64,000 bases of DNA from an uncultured Nitrospiraceae bacterium (GTDB lineage Bacteria > Nitrospirota > Nitrospiria > Nitrospirales > Nitrospiraceae), in contig CAVSTP010000002.1 of the NCBI GenBank assembly GCA_963730935.1, positions 352,001 through 416,000 on the forward strand, written 5' to 3'. The translations under genes and the position numbers were made by a program. Positions 31,725 to 41,883 of this stretch are shown here, in pieces (the first letter of the stretch is position 1; each line of letters begins with the position of its first letter). Below the pieces are notes generated by a model. It was not told where the DNA came from. It searched no databases and saw nothing but the letters and a program-made list of their open reading frames with translations.

Positions 31725-32645
31725 TCACAATTTTTCCGCCAAGACTCTCTTGTAATCCAACAGGGTCCTGATCCGGCCCGCAATGTCTTGATACCGCTGA
31801 ATAGTGGGGTAGGTCTCATCCAGCAACGGTTCGCCTTTGTCGAAGGTCCGAGCGAGTTTGCGGTCGAAAGGAATCCGGCCCAACAAGGGAAGGTCCAGCG
31901 CTTCGCACATGGCGTCGGTGTTGCCTTCAAACAATTCGTTCTGCTCGCCGCAGGAGGGACATCGATACTCGCTCATATTTTCCACGATGCCGAACACCTT
32001 AATGCCCATGTCTCTGGCGTAGGTCACAGATTTTTGCACGACATCGGAGGCGACTTCGGAAGGCGTCGTCACAACGATCGCGCCCGCCAAATCGGGGATA
32101 AAACCGGCGATGACCGGGGGCTTGTCGGCGGCCGCACCCGGTGGCAGGTCAGCCAGCAGATAGTCCAACTCGCCCCACACGACATCCGCAAGAAACTCCC
32201 GGATCACGTTCATTTCCATCAAGCCCAACCACACCGGACTGACGTCCATTGGACCCTTCCAACGGACCGGCGAGGCCGCACCCAAAAAGAAGTCCATCGA
32301 AGCGACTTTGACGCCGAGAGGTCCGACCGGAGGCACTGCGCCTTCAGGTGTCATCGTCAAGGAACGGCCATGCAGGCCCAGCATGCGGGGAACGCAGGGG
32401 CCATTGAGGTCCACATCCAGGAGACCAACACGCGCATGTTGACGCGCCAGGGCGAGAGCGAGGTTGACGGTCGTCATACTTTTCCCGACCCCGCCTTTGC
32501 CGCTCATGACGACCAGCTTGTGCTTGATGCCAGCCATACGGGCCTGGACCTGCTTCATCTGTTCGGTAATTTGCGCCACGACCTTGGCGTCGTCGGAATA
32601 CTTGAGTTTGCCGAGGATAGATTTCAGATCCTTCTCAATGGCCAT
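31725..32645 (-). CDS. mrp: Mrp/NBP35 (ApbC) Fe-S cluster carrier ATPase
   Basis: SGKGGVGKS, LDYLLADLPPG, ENMSEYRCPSCG. Confidence 0.92.
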   Translation of the reverse strand: MAIEKDLKSILGKLKYSDDAKVVAQITEQMKQVQARMAGIKHKLVVMSGKGGVGKSMTTVNLALALARQHARVGLLDVDLNGPCVPRMLGLHGRSLTMTPEGAVPPVGPLGVKVASMDFFLGAASPVRWKGPMDVSPVWLGLMEMNVIREFLADVVWGELDYLLADLPPGAAADKPPVIAGFIPDLAGAIVVTTPSEVASDVVQKSVTYARDMGIKVFGIVENMSEYRCPSCGEQNELFEGNTDAMCEALDLPLLGRIPFDRKLARTFDKGEPLLDETYPTIQRYQDIAGRIRTLLDYKRVLAEKL

Positions 32646-32733
32646 TGTGACGTCTTCCAAGGGAGGAAACTATAAGGTTGGTACGGTAACACAGCGGTTT
32701 TAAGCCAGTCAAACACAGCGGGTTCAAATCCTG

Positions 32734-34572
32734 TTAGATGGAGTACTGGAACGTGGGCTTCGCCCCGATCGCTTGCGCGAGGACGCCCCGACGCTTCAGT
32801 TCCTCCAGGATGCGTTTGGTCGCCGCATCGAAGTCGGCTGGACCGGAAAAGACGATGTCGGCATTGGCCGGCGGCTCTTCGGGAAGCTTGCTCATATGGA
32901 TCGAGATCACCGGCGTAGGATGCACCAGCGTTTTAATGGCCTGCGCCGCTTCGGCATAGGCCAGGCCGAAGGGATTTGTGGTCGATACGACGATCAGGCC
33001 CGTATCGGAGAGCAATCGCGCCACTTCACCATAGCGCCGCGCCATCTCCATGGTCTGGCCGCGCTGGCCTTCTGCCAGATCGGCGTCCAATCCTCTCCGC
33101 AGATTTTCGCCGTCCAACAGATAGGCATGGCGTCCGTCGGCGACCAGCCTCGCTTCCAGCCTCTTCGCCAGAAACGACTTGCCGGTATGCCGCCCGCCCG
33201 TAATGAGCACGATGGCGGACCGATGGCCATATTGCTGCGCCCGTTCCTCGATCCCGACTTCGCCCTTGACCCAGGCAAAATCGCGGCGACGCGCCTCCTC
33301 CCGCAAGATTTCCTGGTCGTCACGGATCATTTCCGTCACGATGCCGCCGCCGGCGATATCGTATTCGTCCACCAGGACAAAGCGGCCGGTGGCTTCGAAC
33401 GAAGAAGAGAGGTCGAACGCGATAGGAGCCTTCGCACGGAGCGTCAGTTCCGCGACTTGGTTGCGGCTGACCGTCTTGCTGCCCTGTTGCTGACTTAAAT
33501 CCATCGTATCGATGATCCGATGGATCACCGCCACTTCACACTCCACCTCCTTCGTAGCGACGCGGAGCAGGTACCTGCTGCCTTCCTCCAACTGCCGTCT
33601 TCCGAGCCAGAACAGATTCGCCTTAAACGCAGTCGAAACGAGCGGCAGCTGTTCCTGGTGAGTGGCAATCTCCCCACGCTCAACAAATATCTGCTCATCG
33701 AGCATAATCCCGACGGATTGGCCCGCCACTGCGGATGTCGGCACCGGTTCGATATTGAAGGCCTCGATCGTCCGGATATTCGCGCGTTTATTGGAGGGAG
33801 AGAACACAAGGTGGTCACCGATTTTGAGCCGTCCCGCCGTGATGCGTCCCGCAAGAATGCGCCTGGCATCGAACTTATAGACGTCTTGAACAGGGAAACG
33901 AAGCGGCTGCTCGGAACGCACCATCTCCTTGTTGAACATGCTGAGGGTATCGAGCACCGTGGGGCCCTGATACCACGCCATCGCCTGGCTGCGATTGGCG
34001 ATGTTGTCGCCCAGTTTTGCACTCACCGGGATAATCCGTTCCGGATTTGCGCCGAACTGCCCGAGAAATTCCCGATATTCTTTCTCGATGCCCTCGAAGA
34101 CATCCTGACGGTACCCGACCAGATCCATCTTGTTCACGACGACCGCGAACTGGCGAACACCAAGAAGGGAGAGCAGATAGCCGTGCTTTTTCGACTGTTC
34201 TTTGACGCCCTCGAGCGCATCGATCAGGAGCAACGCCGCCTCCGCCCGTGCCGCACCGGAGATCATGTTCTTGAGAAACTCCTTGTGGCCGGGCGCATCG
34301 ATGATGATGTACTGGCGGCCCTTCCAGTTGAAGAACGTCCGTGCGGTGTCAATGGTGATGCCTTGTTCCTGTTCTTCGAGAAAGGCATCGAACAAGAACG
34401 CGTATTCGAACTCCTTGCCCTGCTGGCGGCAAATGGCCTGGACCTTTTCCAGCTTGCCGTCCGGCAGCGAGCCCGTGTCGGCATAGAGCCGTCCGAGCAA
34501 GGTGGACTTCCCGTGATCGACGTGACCGACAATCACAATATTGAGATGTTCGGAAGATCTCGCCGTACTCAT
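32734..34572 (-). CDS. cysN: Sulfate adenylyltransferase large subunit fused to a degenerate APS kinase-like domain
   Basis: [26 protein letters not shown]-terminal [15 protein letters not shown] domain. Confidence 0.92.
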   Translation of the reverse strand: MSTARSSEHLNIVIVGHVDHGKSTLLGRLYADTGSLPDGKLEKVQAICRQQGKEFEYAFLFDAFLEEQEQGITIDTARTFFNWKGRQYIIIDAPGHKEFLKNMISGAARAEAALLLIDALEGVKEQSKKHGYLLSLLGVRQFAVVVNKMDLVGYRQDVFEGIEKEYREFLGQFGANPERIIPVSAKLGDNIANRSQAMAWYQGPTVLDTLSMFNKEMVRSEQPLRFPVQDVYKFDARRILAGRITAGRLKIGDHLVFSPSNKRANIRTIEAFNIEPVPTSAVAGQSVGIMLDEQIFVERGEIATHQEQLPLVSTAFKANLFWLGRRQLEEGSRYLLRVATKEVECEVAVIHRIIDTMDLSQQQGSKTVSRNQVAELTLRAKAPIAFDLSSSFEATGRFVLVDEYDIAGGGIVTEMIRDDQEILREEARRRDFAWVKGEVGIEERAQQYGHRSAIVLITGGRHTGKSFLAKRLEARLVADGRHAYLLDGENLRRGLDADLAEGQRGQTMEMARRYGEVARLLSDTGLIVVSTTNPFGLAYAEAAQAIKTLVHPTPVISIHMSKLPEEPPANADIVFSGPADFDAATKRILEELKRRGVLAQAIGAKPTFQYSI

Positions 34573-34579
34573 CCCGCCG

Positions 34580-35377
34580 CTACATGTATCCATCTTTTCG
34601 CAACAGCTCCATGCCTCGTCCTTCGTCCTGTGCGCGACCAGACCGCTCGGCCACGGTGGTGTGACGCAACTCTTCAATGATGTCGTCGACCGTGCTGGCT
34701 GTCGACTTGATCGGCATCGTACAGGGAGCGCAGCCCAGGCTGCGATAGCGGGTCCCGTCCCCCTTGTTCAGATAGAGGTCGATAAAGGGAATATTCTCGA
34801 GCTTGATGTATTCCCAGATGTTGATCTCGGTCCAATCCAGTAACGGATGGATCCGGATATGGGTGCCCGGAGGAAACGTCGTCTTGAATTGGTCCCACAG
34901 TTCGGGCGGCTGGTCACGAAAATCCCAGTCCCCGTGCTTGTCGCGAGGAGAAAAATACCGCTCCTTTGCCCTCGTGCCTTCTTCATCGGCCCGGACACCC
35001 AAAATGACGCCCGTGTAGCCTTTCTGCTCGAGCAACTGCTTGAGTCCATTGGTCTTAAGCGCGGTGCAGCAGGTGACGCGTCCCAGCGTGTGGTTCATTC
35101 CCGCGGCAAGCGCTTCTTTGTTTTGCCCCACCACCAGATTGAGATGCCATTCCCGAGCAAGACGATCGCGATATTCGATCATCGCCGGGATCTTGTAGCT
35201 CGTGTCCACATGGAGCAGTGGAAACGGCACATGGCCAAAAAATGCCTTGCGCGCGAGCCAGAGCAGCACGGTCGAATCTTTGCCCATGGACCAGAGCATG
35301 GCAAGATTGTCGAAATGCTTATAGGCCTCCCTGAGGATGTACACGCTTTGGTCTTCAAGCTGACGAAGATGTTTCAC
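34580..35377 (-). CDS. cysD: Sulfate adenylyltransferase small subunit
   Basis: [27 protein letters not shown]. Confidence 0.95.
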   Translation of the reverse strand: MKHLRQLEDQSVYILREAYKHFDNLAMLWSMGKDSTVLLWLARKAFFGHVPFPLLHVDTSYKIPAMIEYRDRLAREWHLNLVVGQNKEALAAGMNHTLGRVTCCTALKTNGLKQLLEQKGYTGVILGVRADEEGTRAKERYFSPRDKHGDWDFRDQPPELWDQFKTTFPPGTHIRIHPLLDWTEINIWEYIKLENIPFIDLYLNKGDGTRYRSLGCAPCTMPIKSTASTVDDIIEELRHTTVAERSGRAQDEGRGMELLRKDGYM

Positions 35378-35398
35378 AAAAGGCTCCCGATAATCGGC

Positions 35399-36451
35399 TT
35401 AACAGTTGTGGGCGACTGCTACCGGCGTCTGAGTGAGCGCTTCCAGTTTTCTTGCTCCGCTCCCGTCTTCAAGTGCACGACGGGCTAAGGACGTGCACTC
35501 CGCCAATGACGCACCTCTGCCGCCGGCATAGAGCAACAGTCCGGCATTCAGCAGCACCCAGTCGCGTTGTCCGCCGGCCACCTGGTTATGAAGGATGCGT
35601 CGAAGGAGATCAGCCTCTTTCTCGCGCTGCTCCGGCGGATAGCCCGCCATCTCACGCGACGTCCCCATCGACAGTCCGGCATCCTTCGGAGCCAGGGTCA
35701 ATGGTGTAATACGCTCATCGCGAAGTTCTAATACCTTGGTTATCATGGCAATCGACAATTCTGGATCGCCCTCGACGCCCCTGACAACAAGCGCTCTCGG
35801 CAGGCCCAACATTCGAATCGCTTCGGCGGTTTTCTCGAAATGGGGCGGGTGCGTGAGGCCGACCACCTGCGAGGACGCGCGAGCCGGGTTCAGCAGCCTG
35901 GCGATCGGATGAAACACACTGCGGACGCCGAGTTCCTGCCTCATTTCCAGAAACCGGTAGAGGGGAGGATGATAAAGCGCAATGTCCAAGTATGCGAATC
36001 CATGCTTGGCCGCCATGCTCGCAACCGCCTTGGCTTCGAGATCAATCGGAATACCGAGGGTTTTGATGACGGCAGCGTTTCCCGGACGGCCGGGAATGCC
36101 GTCATATCCGTGCATGAGGACGGCTCCGCCCGCAGCAGCGGCGAGGATGGCAGCTCCGGTCAAGGCGTGAAAGGTATCCTGCTTGCCGGCATACGAGGGC
36201 AGATCGACAACCCCCACGTCCGGTGGGATGGGCAAGGGCGCGACGTAGGACCTCGCCGCGGCGGTGAACGAAGCGAGTTCGGTCACGGACTCCATCTTGA
36301 ATCGCATCGCGACGAGAAATGCTCCCACTTGAGTCGCCGTCGCCTCACCTTCGATCAACGCCCGCATCGCCCGCTTGGCCTCATCCCAGGTGAGATCTTT
36401 GGAGGCCTTGGGTCCTTTGGCGATTTTGGCGATGAATTCCTGCATGCCCAT
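35399..36451 (-). CDS. Anthranilate phosphoribosyltransferase-like (TrpD2/YbiB-like) protein
   Basis: IAKGPKASKDL, VGAFLVAMRFK, RQELGVRS, LLNP; lacks the GTGGD motif. Confidence 0.85.
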   Translation of the reverse strand: MGMQEFIAKIAKGPKASKDLTWDEAKRAMRALIEGEATATQVGAFLVAMRFKMESVTELASFTAAARSYVAPLPIPPDVGVVDLPSYAGKQDTFHALTGAAILAAAAGGAVLMHGYDGIPGRPGNAAVIKTLGIPIDLEAKAVASMAAKHGFAYLDIALYHPPLYRFLEMRQELGVRSVFHPIARLLNPARASSQVVGLTHPPHFEKTAEAIRMLGLPRALVVRGVEGDPELSIAMITKVLELRDERITPLTLAPKDAGLSMGTSREMAGYPPEQREKEADLLRRILHNQVAGGQRDWVLLNAGLLLYAGGRGASLAECTSLARRALEDGSGARKLEALTQTPVAVAHNC

Positions 36452-37155
36452 TATGGTGCCTTGTGAAGCCCGCATTCGGTTTTCTCACGCCCTTGCCACC
36501 GCCCGGACCGAGGATCATCGCCCGGCATGACAGGCTTGGTGCAGTGAGTACAGCCGATGCTAGGGTAGTTTTGATCGTGCAGCGGGTTGTACGGCACTTC
36601 ATAGACCTTGATGTACGTCCATACGTCGGCCCAAGTCCACCGGACGAGCGGATTCACTTTCACCAGCTCAAAGGTGTTGTCCCACTCGATCGGCTTGGCG
36701 GTGGCTCTGGTTGGCGCCTGCTCCCGTCTGATGCCCGTGATCCACGCATCATACCCATCGAGGATACGTCTGAGCGGCTCGACTTTGCGCAGTTGGCAGC
36801 AGCGATCCGGATCGCTGACCCACAGGGCCTCGCCATGCTGCTCCGCCTGCTGTTCCGGTGTCAGCAGCGATTTCACCTCGTGCACTTGGGCGGGCTTCAA
36901 CTCATACCGCTCGATGATGCGGTCACGTGTCGCATACGTCTCTCGAAAGAGAAAATCCGTGTCGAGATAGAATAATCCAACCGAAGAGTCTATCCGGTGC
37001 AGCATATCCAGAAGCACGACATCTTCCGCTCCGAAACTGCACGCGAGGATGATTCGGGGGCGATAGCGCTCGACCGCTGCGGCCAGGATCTCCTGTGGCT
37101 GGCTGCTCTCAAGCGATTCGCTCCATGCCTGAATGTCGCCGATTGATTGCGTCAT
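36451..37155 (-). CDS. cysH: (Phospho)adenylyl-sulfate reductase, Fe-S type
   Basis: SFGAED, CCQLRKVEPL, YPSIGCTHCT, RSGRW, ECGLH. Confidence 0.95.
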   Translation of the reverse strand: MTQSIGDIQAWSESLESSQPQEILAAAVERYRPRIILACSFGAEDVVLLDMLHRIDSSVGLFYLDTDFLFRETYATRDRIIERYELKPAQVHEVKSLLTPEQQAEQHGEALWVSDPDRCCQLRKVEPLRRILDGYDAWITGIRREQAPTRATAKPIEWDNTFELVKVNPLVRWTWADVWTYIKVYEVPYNPLHDQNYPSIGCTHCTKPVMPGDDPRSGRWQGREKTECGLHKAP

Positions 37156-37201
37156 TCGTTCTCTACTCTTCGCGGCACTCGGACACCTCACCCATGCCTG
37201 T

Positions 37202-39673
37202 TTACTCCACTTTTTCGACCAGGATCCGGTAATGCGCAGCTTCCGGTTCCAACGCCTCTTGCAGATGGACCACATGGCCATCATTCTTGAGGCTCATCGG
37301 CACATTCTTGATCGGCTCGCCGGCATCCAGCCAGACTTCCAGCTTTTCACCCGCATCCATCATTTCAAGTTTCAATTTGGTCTTCACGTAGTTGAGCGGG
37401 CACGCCACCCCACGGAGGTCATAGACTGGGGCCCCGGTTGGCACGGTGACGGCCGGCTTGGATTCCATGGCCGCCGGCGTCGCTGGTACGTCCTCTTTCA
37501 CCGCAGCAAGCTTGAGATCCTTCCCAATCTGGTCGGTCGCGGCCCGGCAGGCATCGACGAAGCCTTTTGCAAACGACATTTTCGAGCGGGCGAATTCCGC
37601 ACTCGTATCCTTCGGCCCGAGATCACCGACCTGCTTGCTCAAATCTCGGTAGATCGCCGGCACCACACCTGTCTGAGCAATACGGCGATCGAATTCCGTG
37701 AACGTTTGCGCGTCGCTGGAAGGCTCGAGGCCTTCCGTCACCAATAAGGCTTTAGCGGCGGCGAGGACGGCGCGGTAGGACTTGTTCACGGATACGGCAT
37801 ACTGGTGATTATCCGTCAACAATTTGGCCTGATACAATTCCTGGTCGGCTTCCAAGATGCCGTTTTCGATCATTTCAAGCGCACCTCCGGCGCATTCGCC
37901 AGGTCCGAGATCCTCGAGGACAAACTCCTCATCCGCTTCCCAGTCGTAGTAGAAGGTCGGATCGTCGGCAAAAGCCGGAACCAACGTATAGGGGATCAGC
38001 TCATCCTTCAGCGCGATCTTGCCGACTCGATCGATGAATGCCGGCAATCCCTCTCCAGATTTCCGGTCACGGCGATAGACGTTGATCAAGTGCGTGATGG
38101 CGGCCGACACGGCTTTTGCCGGCAGCTTCACCGTCATCTGCCCGATCTTGGCCGTGCCGTTGACGTTGCCACCCAAATGCAACTCATAGAAGGGCGCCGT
38201 ATGTTCCCCGATTCGTTTACCGACGCCGTGGAGGCCGATCGTCGCAATGTGGTGCTGTGCACAAGAATTGTGGCAGCCGCTGATCTTTACGCTGACGTCC
38301 TTCAGATCATCCGGGACACGGCCGGCCGGGAACACTTCCGCGAGCGCCCTGGCGAGTCCTTTGGACGACGTGATGCCAAGGCCGCAGGTATCTGTCCCCG
38401 GGCAGGCAATAATGTCCTCGACCAGTTCAGCACCCGGATCGGACAGACCTTGCGACACCAGATCTTGATAGAGCTCCTCAAGGCGGGCTTCGGGAACCCA
38501 TCGGATGACCATGTTCTGATTGATGGTGGTTCGGAGATTGCCGTTTGAATACCGATCCGCCAGATCGGCGAGGTGCAGCATTTGGCCGGCGGTCACATCC
38601 CCCATGAAGAGCTTCACGGCCGCCGTGGCATAGCCGGCTTGCTTTTGAGGGACAACGTTGGTTCGCTTCCACATCGCGAACGGCGTTTCCTGCCCGTGCC
38701 CATTGAATGAGCCGTTGGTGGTGGTTGGCTTCATGCCGCTCGATGCCGGCATAATCAACGGCAGAGGTTCATCGTTGTGCTCCAACAACTTGATCGCCTG
38801 CGAGTTCGGCCTAGCATTTCCCATGGACACATAGGTTTCTTCCCAGCGACGCTTGAATTCCGCAAAACCCAGCTTTTCGATGACGAACTTCATGCGGGCC
38901 TTATTGCGGTTTTTCCGGTTGCCCAGTTGGTCGAAGACTTTAATCACGGCTTCGATGCTCGGAATCAATTCATCGATCGGCGTGAACTCCCGCAAGACCT
39001 GCGCGATGCGGGGAGCAGAACCCAGGCCTCCCCCTGCGACCATGCGGAAACCGAGTGTGCCGTCCGCCGATTTCACCGCCAGCAACCCGATATCGTGAAT
39101 CGGCGTGAGTGCGCAGTCCTGCCGGCAACCGGAAAATGCGATCTTGAATTTGCGCGGCAGGCTTTGATTGAGGGGATTCCGCAATAGATGATAGGCCACC
39201 GTCTTGGCATATGGTGTAATGTCGAACACCTCTCCCTGACACACGCCAGCCAAATGGCACCCCGTGACGTTCCGGACGGTGTTGGCGCAGGCTTCACGTG
39301 TCGTCAGACCTACTTCGGCCAGTCCTCGCATGATGGCTGGGACATCCTTCAATTCGGCGAAATGGAGTTGGATGTCTTGTCTGGTCGTCACATGACCAAC
39401 GCCGGTGGTATACCGCTCTGAAAGCTCGGCAATGCGTCGCAACTGGTTGGCCGTAATCCCGCCGAATGGAATTTTAATCCGCACCATCTGTACGCCCGTC
39501 TGGCGCTGACCGTAAATGCCATACTGAAGACGGAAGGGTTTAAAGAGATCGCCGACAATCTCTCCGGACAACATGCGCTTGGCCTCTTGCTCAAAGGTTT
39601 CGATCTCCTCGAGAATGCCCGGAGGAATTGGCTGTGTCTGGATGTGGGTACGGCTGGTAGTGAGCTGGCTCAT
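37202..39673 (-). CDS. Siroheme sulfite/nitrite reductase with C-terminal HEPN-like and TusA-like domains
   Basis: TTRQDIQ, LPRKFKIA, CPGTDTC..SGCHNSC; helical insert; DLRGVACPLNYVK. Confidence 0.9.
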   Translation of the reverse strand: MSQLTTSRTHIQTQPIPPGILEEIETFEQEAKRMLSGEIVGDLFKPFRLQYGIYGQRQTGVQMVRIKIPFGGITANQLRRIAELSERYTTGVGHVTTRQDIQLHFAELKDVPAIMRGLAEVGLTTREACANTVRNVTGCHLAGVCQGEVFDITPYAKTVAYHLLRNPLNQSLPRKFKIAFSGCRQDCALTPIHDIGLLAVKSADGTLGFRMVAGGGLGSAPRIAQVLREFTPIDELIPSIEAVIKVFDQLGNRKNRNKARMKFVIEKLGFAEFKRRWEETYVSMGNARPNSQAIKLLEHNDEPLPLIMPASSGMKPTTTNGSFNGHGQETPFAMWKRTNVVPQKQAGYATAAVKLFMGDVTAGQMLHLADLADRYSNGNLRTTINQNMVIRWVPEARLEELYQDLVSQGLSDPGAELVEDIIACPGTDTCGLGITSSKGLARALAEVFPAGRVPDDLKDVSVKISGCHNSCAQHHIATIGLHGVGKRIGEHTAPFYELHLGGNVNGTAKIGQMTVKLPAKAVSAAITHLINVYRRDRKSGEGLPAFIDRVGKIALKDELIPYTLVPAFADDPTFYYDWEADEEFVLEDLGPGECAGGALEMIENGILEADQELYQAKLLTDNHQYAVSVNKSYRAVLAAAKALLVTEGLEPSSDAQTFTEFDRRIAQTGVVPAIYRDLSKQVGDLGPKDTSAEFARSKMSFAKGFVDACRAATDQIGKDLKLAAVKEDVPATPAAMESKPAVTVPTGAPVYDLRGVACPLNYVKTKLKLEMMDAGEKLEVWLDAGEPIKNVPMSLKNDGHVVHLQEALEPEAAHYRILVEKVE

Positions 39674-39683
39674 ATAGCAAACC

Positions 39684-40127
39684 TCAAATGTGATACATCG
39701 GACTTCGTTGTTGTTCGATTTGACGCTGCTCCCCGGCTAATTCTTCGACAGTGATGCCCTCGAGCACATGACGCTCGGCCTCATGGACACGGTCCCAGAC
39801 TTTGGTCAGTAAGGTCCCCGACGGAGTCGTGCGGTGGGCTCCCCCGTTCATCTCGGTCATGCGAAGAACAGGCCCCTCCAGCGCCTCCAGAATCTCCGCC
39901 ACCGAGACATCAGATGGTTTCTTCGAAAGAACGTATCCGCCTTGGGCCCCTCGTTGGCTGGACACCAAGCCGGCTTTCTTCATGGCATGGAGCACTTGCT
40001 CGAGGAATCTCGCCGGTATTCCTTGTCGTCTGGCGATGGACTTAGCCTGAATAGGTGCAGCCCCTCCCTGCATGGCGAGATCCACGGCAGCCATGATTCC
40101 ATAAGTAGATCGAAGAGATACCCTCAT
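39684..40127 (-). CDS. Rrf2 family transcriptional regulator (CymR-like)
   Basis: IARRQGIP..FLEQV, SQRGAQGGYVL, EILEALEG; no Cys ligands. Confidence 0.92.
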   Translation of the reverse strand: MRVSLRSTYGIMAAVDLAMQGGAAPIQAKSIARRQGIPARFLEQVLHAMKKAGLVSSQRGAQGGYVLSKKPSDVSVAEILEALEGPVLRMTEMNGGAHRTTPSGTLLTKVWDRVHEAERHVLEGITVEELAGEQRQIEQQRSPMYHI

Positions 40128-40191
40128 ACCACACTATTCCGGTCGGAATTATGAAATGTTATTTATACATGTTCGATTCCTCCTGTGTCAA
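40126..40191 (-). promoter_or_regulatory. Sigma70 promoter and putative Rrf2 operator of the cys operon
   Basis: Minus strand TTGACA-18-TATAAA, then ATTCCGACCGGAATAGTGTGGTAT, which resembles IscR/CymR-type operators. Confidence 0.55.
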
Positions 40192-40504
40192 GGGTCCTAA
40201 CCTCTATCACCCTCCCTATCCGCTCAATCCCTAATCCGTTCAAACAAAGGGCCAGAAAATATCGTGCACTCAATGGTGAGCGAGGTGAGCATGACGCAAT
40301 TAATCACCAGCTCACCAGCATGGTCGGCGTGACACATTCGTCTTGATCACGGCATGCGTCGGCCTCTCACGATGAAGTCTGATGGATTGCATGCAGTGAA
40401 CGCGGCGGCATCATCGAATGGAGGAGTCAGCGTCACGAACTGATGGCATCGAACATGACCTAACTCATCGCGTGCAAAAATCTTCAGCGGCGGAAATTTC
40501 TTCG

Positions 40505-40533
40505 TTGACATCAAAATGGCTCTGGGCAATAAT
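40505..40533 (+). promoter_or_regulatory. Sigma70 promoter of the Fis-like gene
   Basis: TTGACA-17-AATAAT. Confidence 0.55.
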
Positions 40534-40562
40534 CCGGCCCTCTTCTGCTGGGTGATGCTTTC

Positions 40563-41144
40563 ATGACGCTCTCTTCTTCGGTCTTCAGTATTCTGCTGCT
40601 CAGCGGCGATTCAGAGATTCAAACACAGTTCAGACAAGCGTTCAAAGACGCGAGCATGACGACGGCCAAAGATGCGGCAACATTGCCGCGAGAGGCCGCG
40701 AGGCGTTCCTTTGACGCAATCATTGTGGAATCGAAGCCTGGCATGCAGAACGGGTCGATCGGCCTACCTCATCACGTCGATCCCTCCAGAACGCTCCTCA
40801 TTACTGGATCTAAACCCGTGCTGAGACGCGCTTCCAAATTTATGCAGTCTATTGCGCGCGCGAAGACCACCGCCGGTGCGGCAGCGCCTTTGAGTCTCGA
40901 AGACTACGTGGAATGGAAAATGGGAGATTTTGTCAAAGGTATGCGGAATGGATCCGGACGCAATCTTCACCCTATGCTGATTTCTGCCATTGAACGACCA
41001 CTCATTACGAAGGCTCTGCAGGAAACCAAAGGTAATCAGATTCAGGCGGCTGAGTTGCTCGGCTTGAACCGAAATACGCTGAGAAAGAAAATCCACGATC
41101 TGCACATTCCAGTGAAGCGTGGCGGACGGGTCCGTGAGGGCTAG
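40563..41144 (+). CDS. Fis-family HTH regulator with degenerate receiver-like N-terminus
   Basis: ERPLITKALQETKGNQIQAAELLGLNRNTLRKKI. Confidence 0.85.
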   Translation: MTLSSSVFSILLLSGDSEIQTQFRQAFKDASMTTAKDAATLPREAARRSFDAIIVESKPGMQNGSIGLPHHVDPSRTLLITGSKPVLRRASKFMQSIARAKTTAGAAAPLSLEDYVEWKMGDFVKGMRNGSGRNLHPMLISAIERPLITKALQETKGNQIQAAELLGLNRNTLRKKIHDLHIPVKRGGRVREG

Positions 41145-41234
41145 CGGTTCACCAACTCAATACACGCAGGCGTGAAAGCCTGCAAGGCAGCAAGGGGGCG
41201 AGGCGGTTTTTTAACCTAAAGCGAGGAGGGAACG

Positions 41235-41507
41235 ATGACCAAAGAAGAATTGATTGCGAAGATGGCCGCATCCGCCGGCATCACGAAGGTGGCTGCGGGG
41301 AATGCCCTGCATGCCTTTACCGGTGCGGTCACCTCATCCTTGAAGAAGGGACAGCGTGTGTCCCTCGTGAACTTCGGCACCTTCACCATTTCGAAGCGCA
41401 AGGCACGGATGGGTAGAAACCCCCGGACCGGCGAGAGCCTTAAGATTCCGGCGGCCAAGGTACCGAAATTCTCCGCAGGAAAGGTCCTGAAGTCGGCGGT
41501 CCGCTAA
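41235..41507 (+). CDS. hup: DNA-binding protein HU
   Basis: MTKEELI, VNFGTF, GRNPRTGE. Confidence 0.93.
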   Translation: MTKEELIAKMAASAGITKVAAGNALHAFTGAVTSSLKKGQRVSLVNFGTFTISKRKARMGRNPRTGESLKIPAAKVPKFSAGKVLKSAVR

Positions 41508-41645
41508 GCATCCGGCATCGAGCCTGACGAGCCGGGGTTTTTCGAAAAAAGAGAAGGCAGCGTGCTCACTTACGGGTGCGCTCCCTTCTCTTTGCATTTC
41601 TTGACACCTTGGGCGGGGCTATATTAGCATGCGCGCTCGGACGAT

Positions 41646-41720
41646 AGGCGCGTAGCTCAGGGGGAGAGCGCTACCTTGACACGGTAGAGGTCGACGGTTC
41701 AAGACCGTCCGCGCCTACCA
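41646..41720 (+). tRNA. tRNA-Val (anticodon GAC)
   Basis: AGGCGCGTAGCTCAG...CCTTGACACGG...GGTTCAAGACC...CGCGCCTACCA cloverleaf. Confidence 0.96.
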
Positions 41721-41883
41721 TCTTGCCGAGGGCATCCGAACCGTGACCGCGGTCGGGGTGCCTTTTCCATTTTTGCATCCTGTTGAGATGCAGGACTTTT
41801 CCCGCCTTCTGGGGTCTCCGGTCTGATCCGAGCTTCTTAGAAGGCGCTGTCCGTGTGTCCGCCGAAAAGATAGAGAGACGTTT

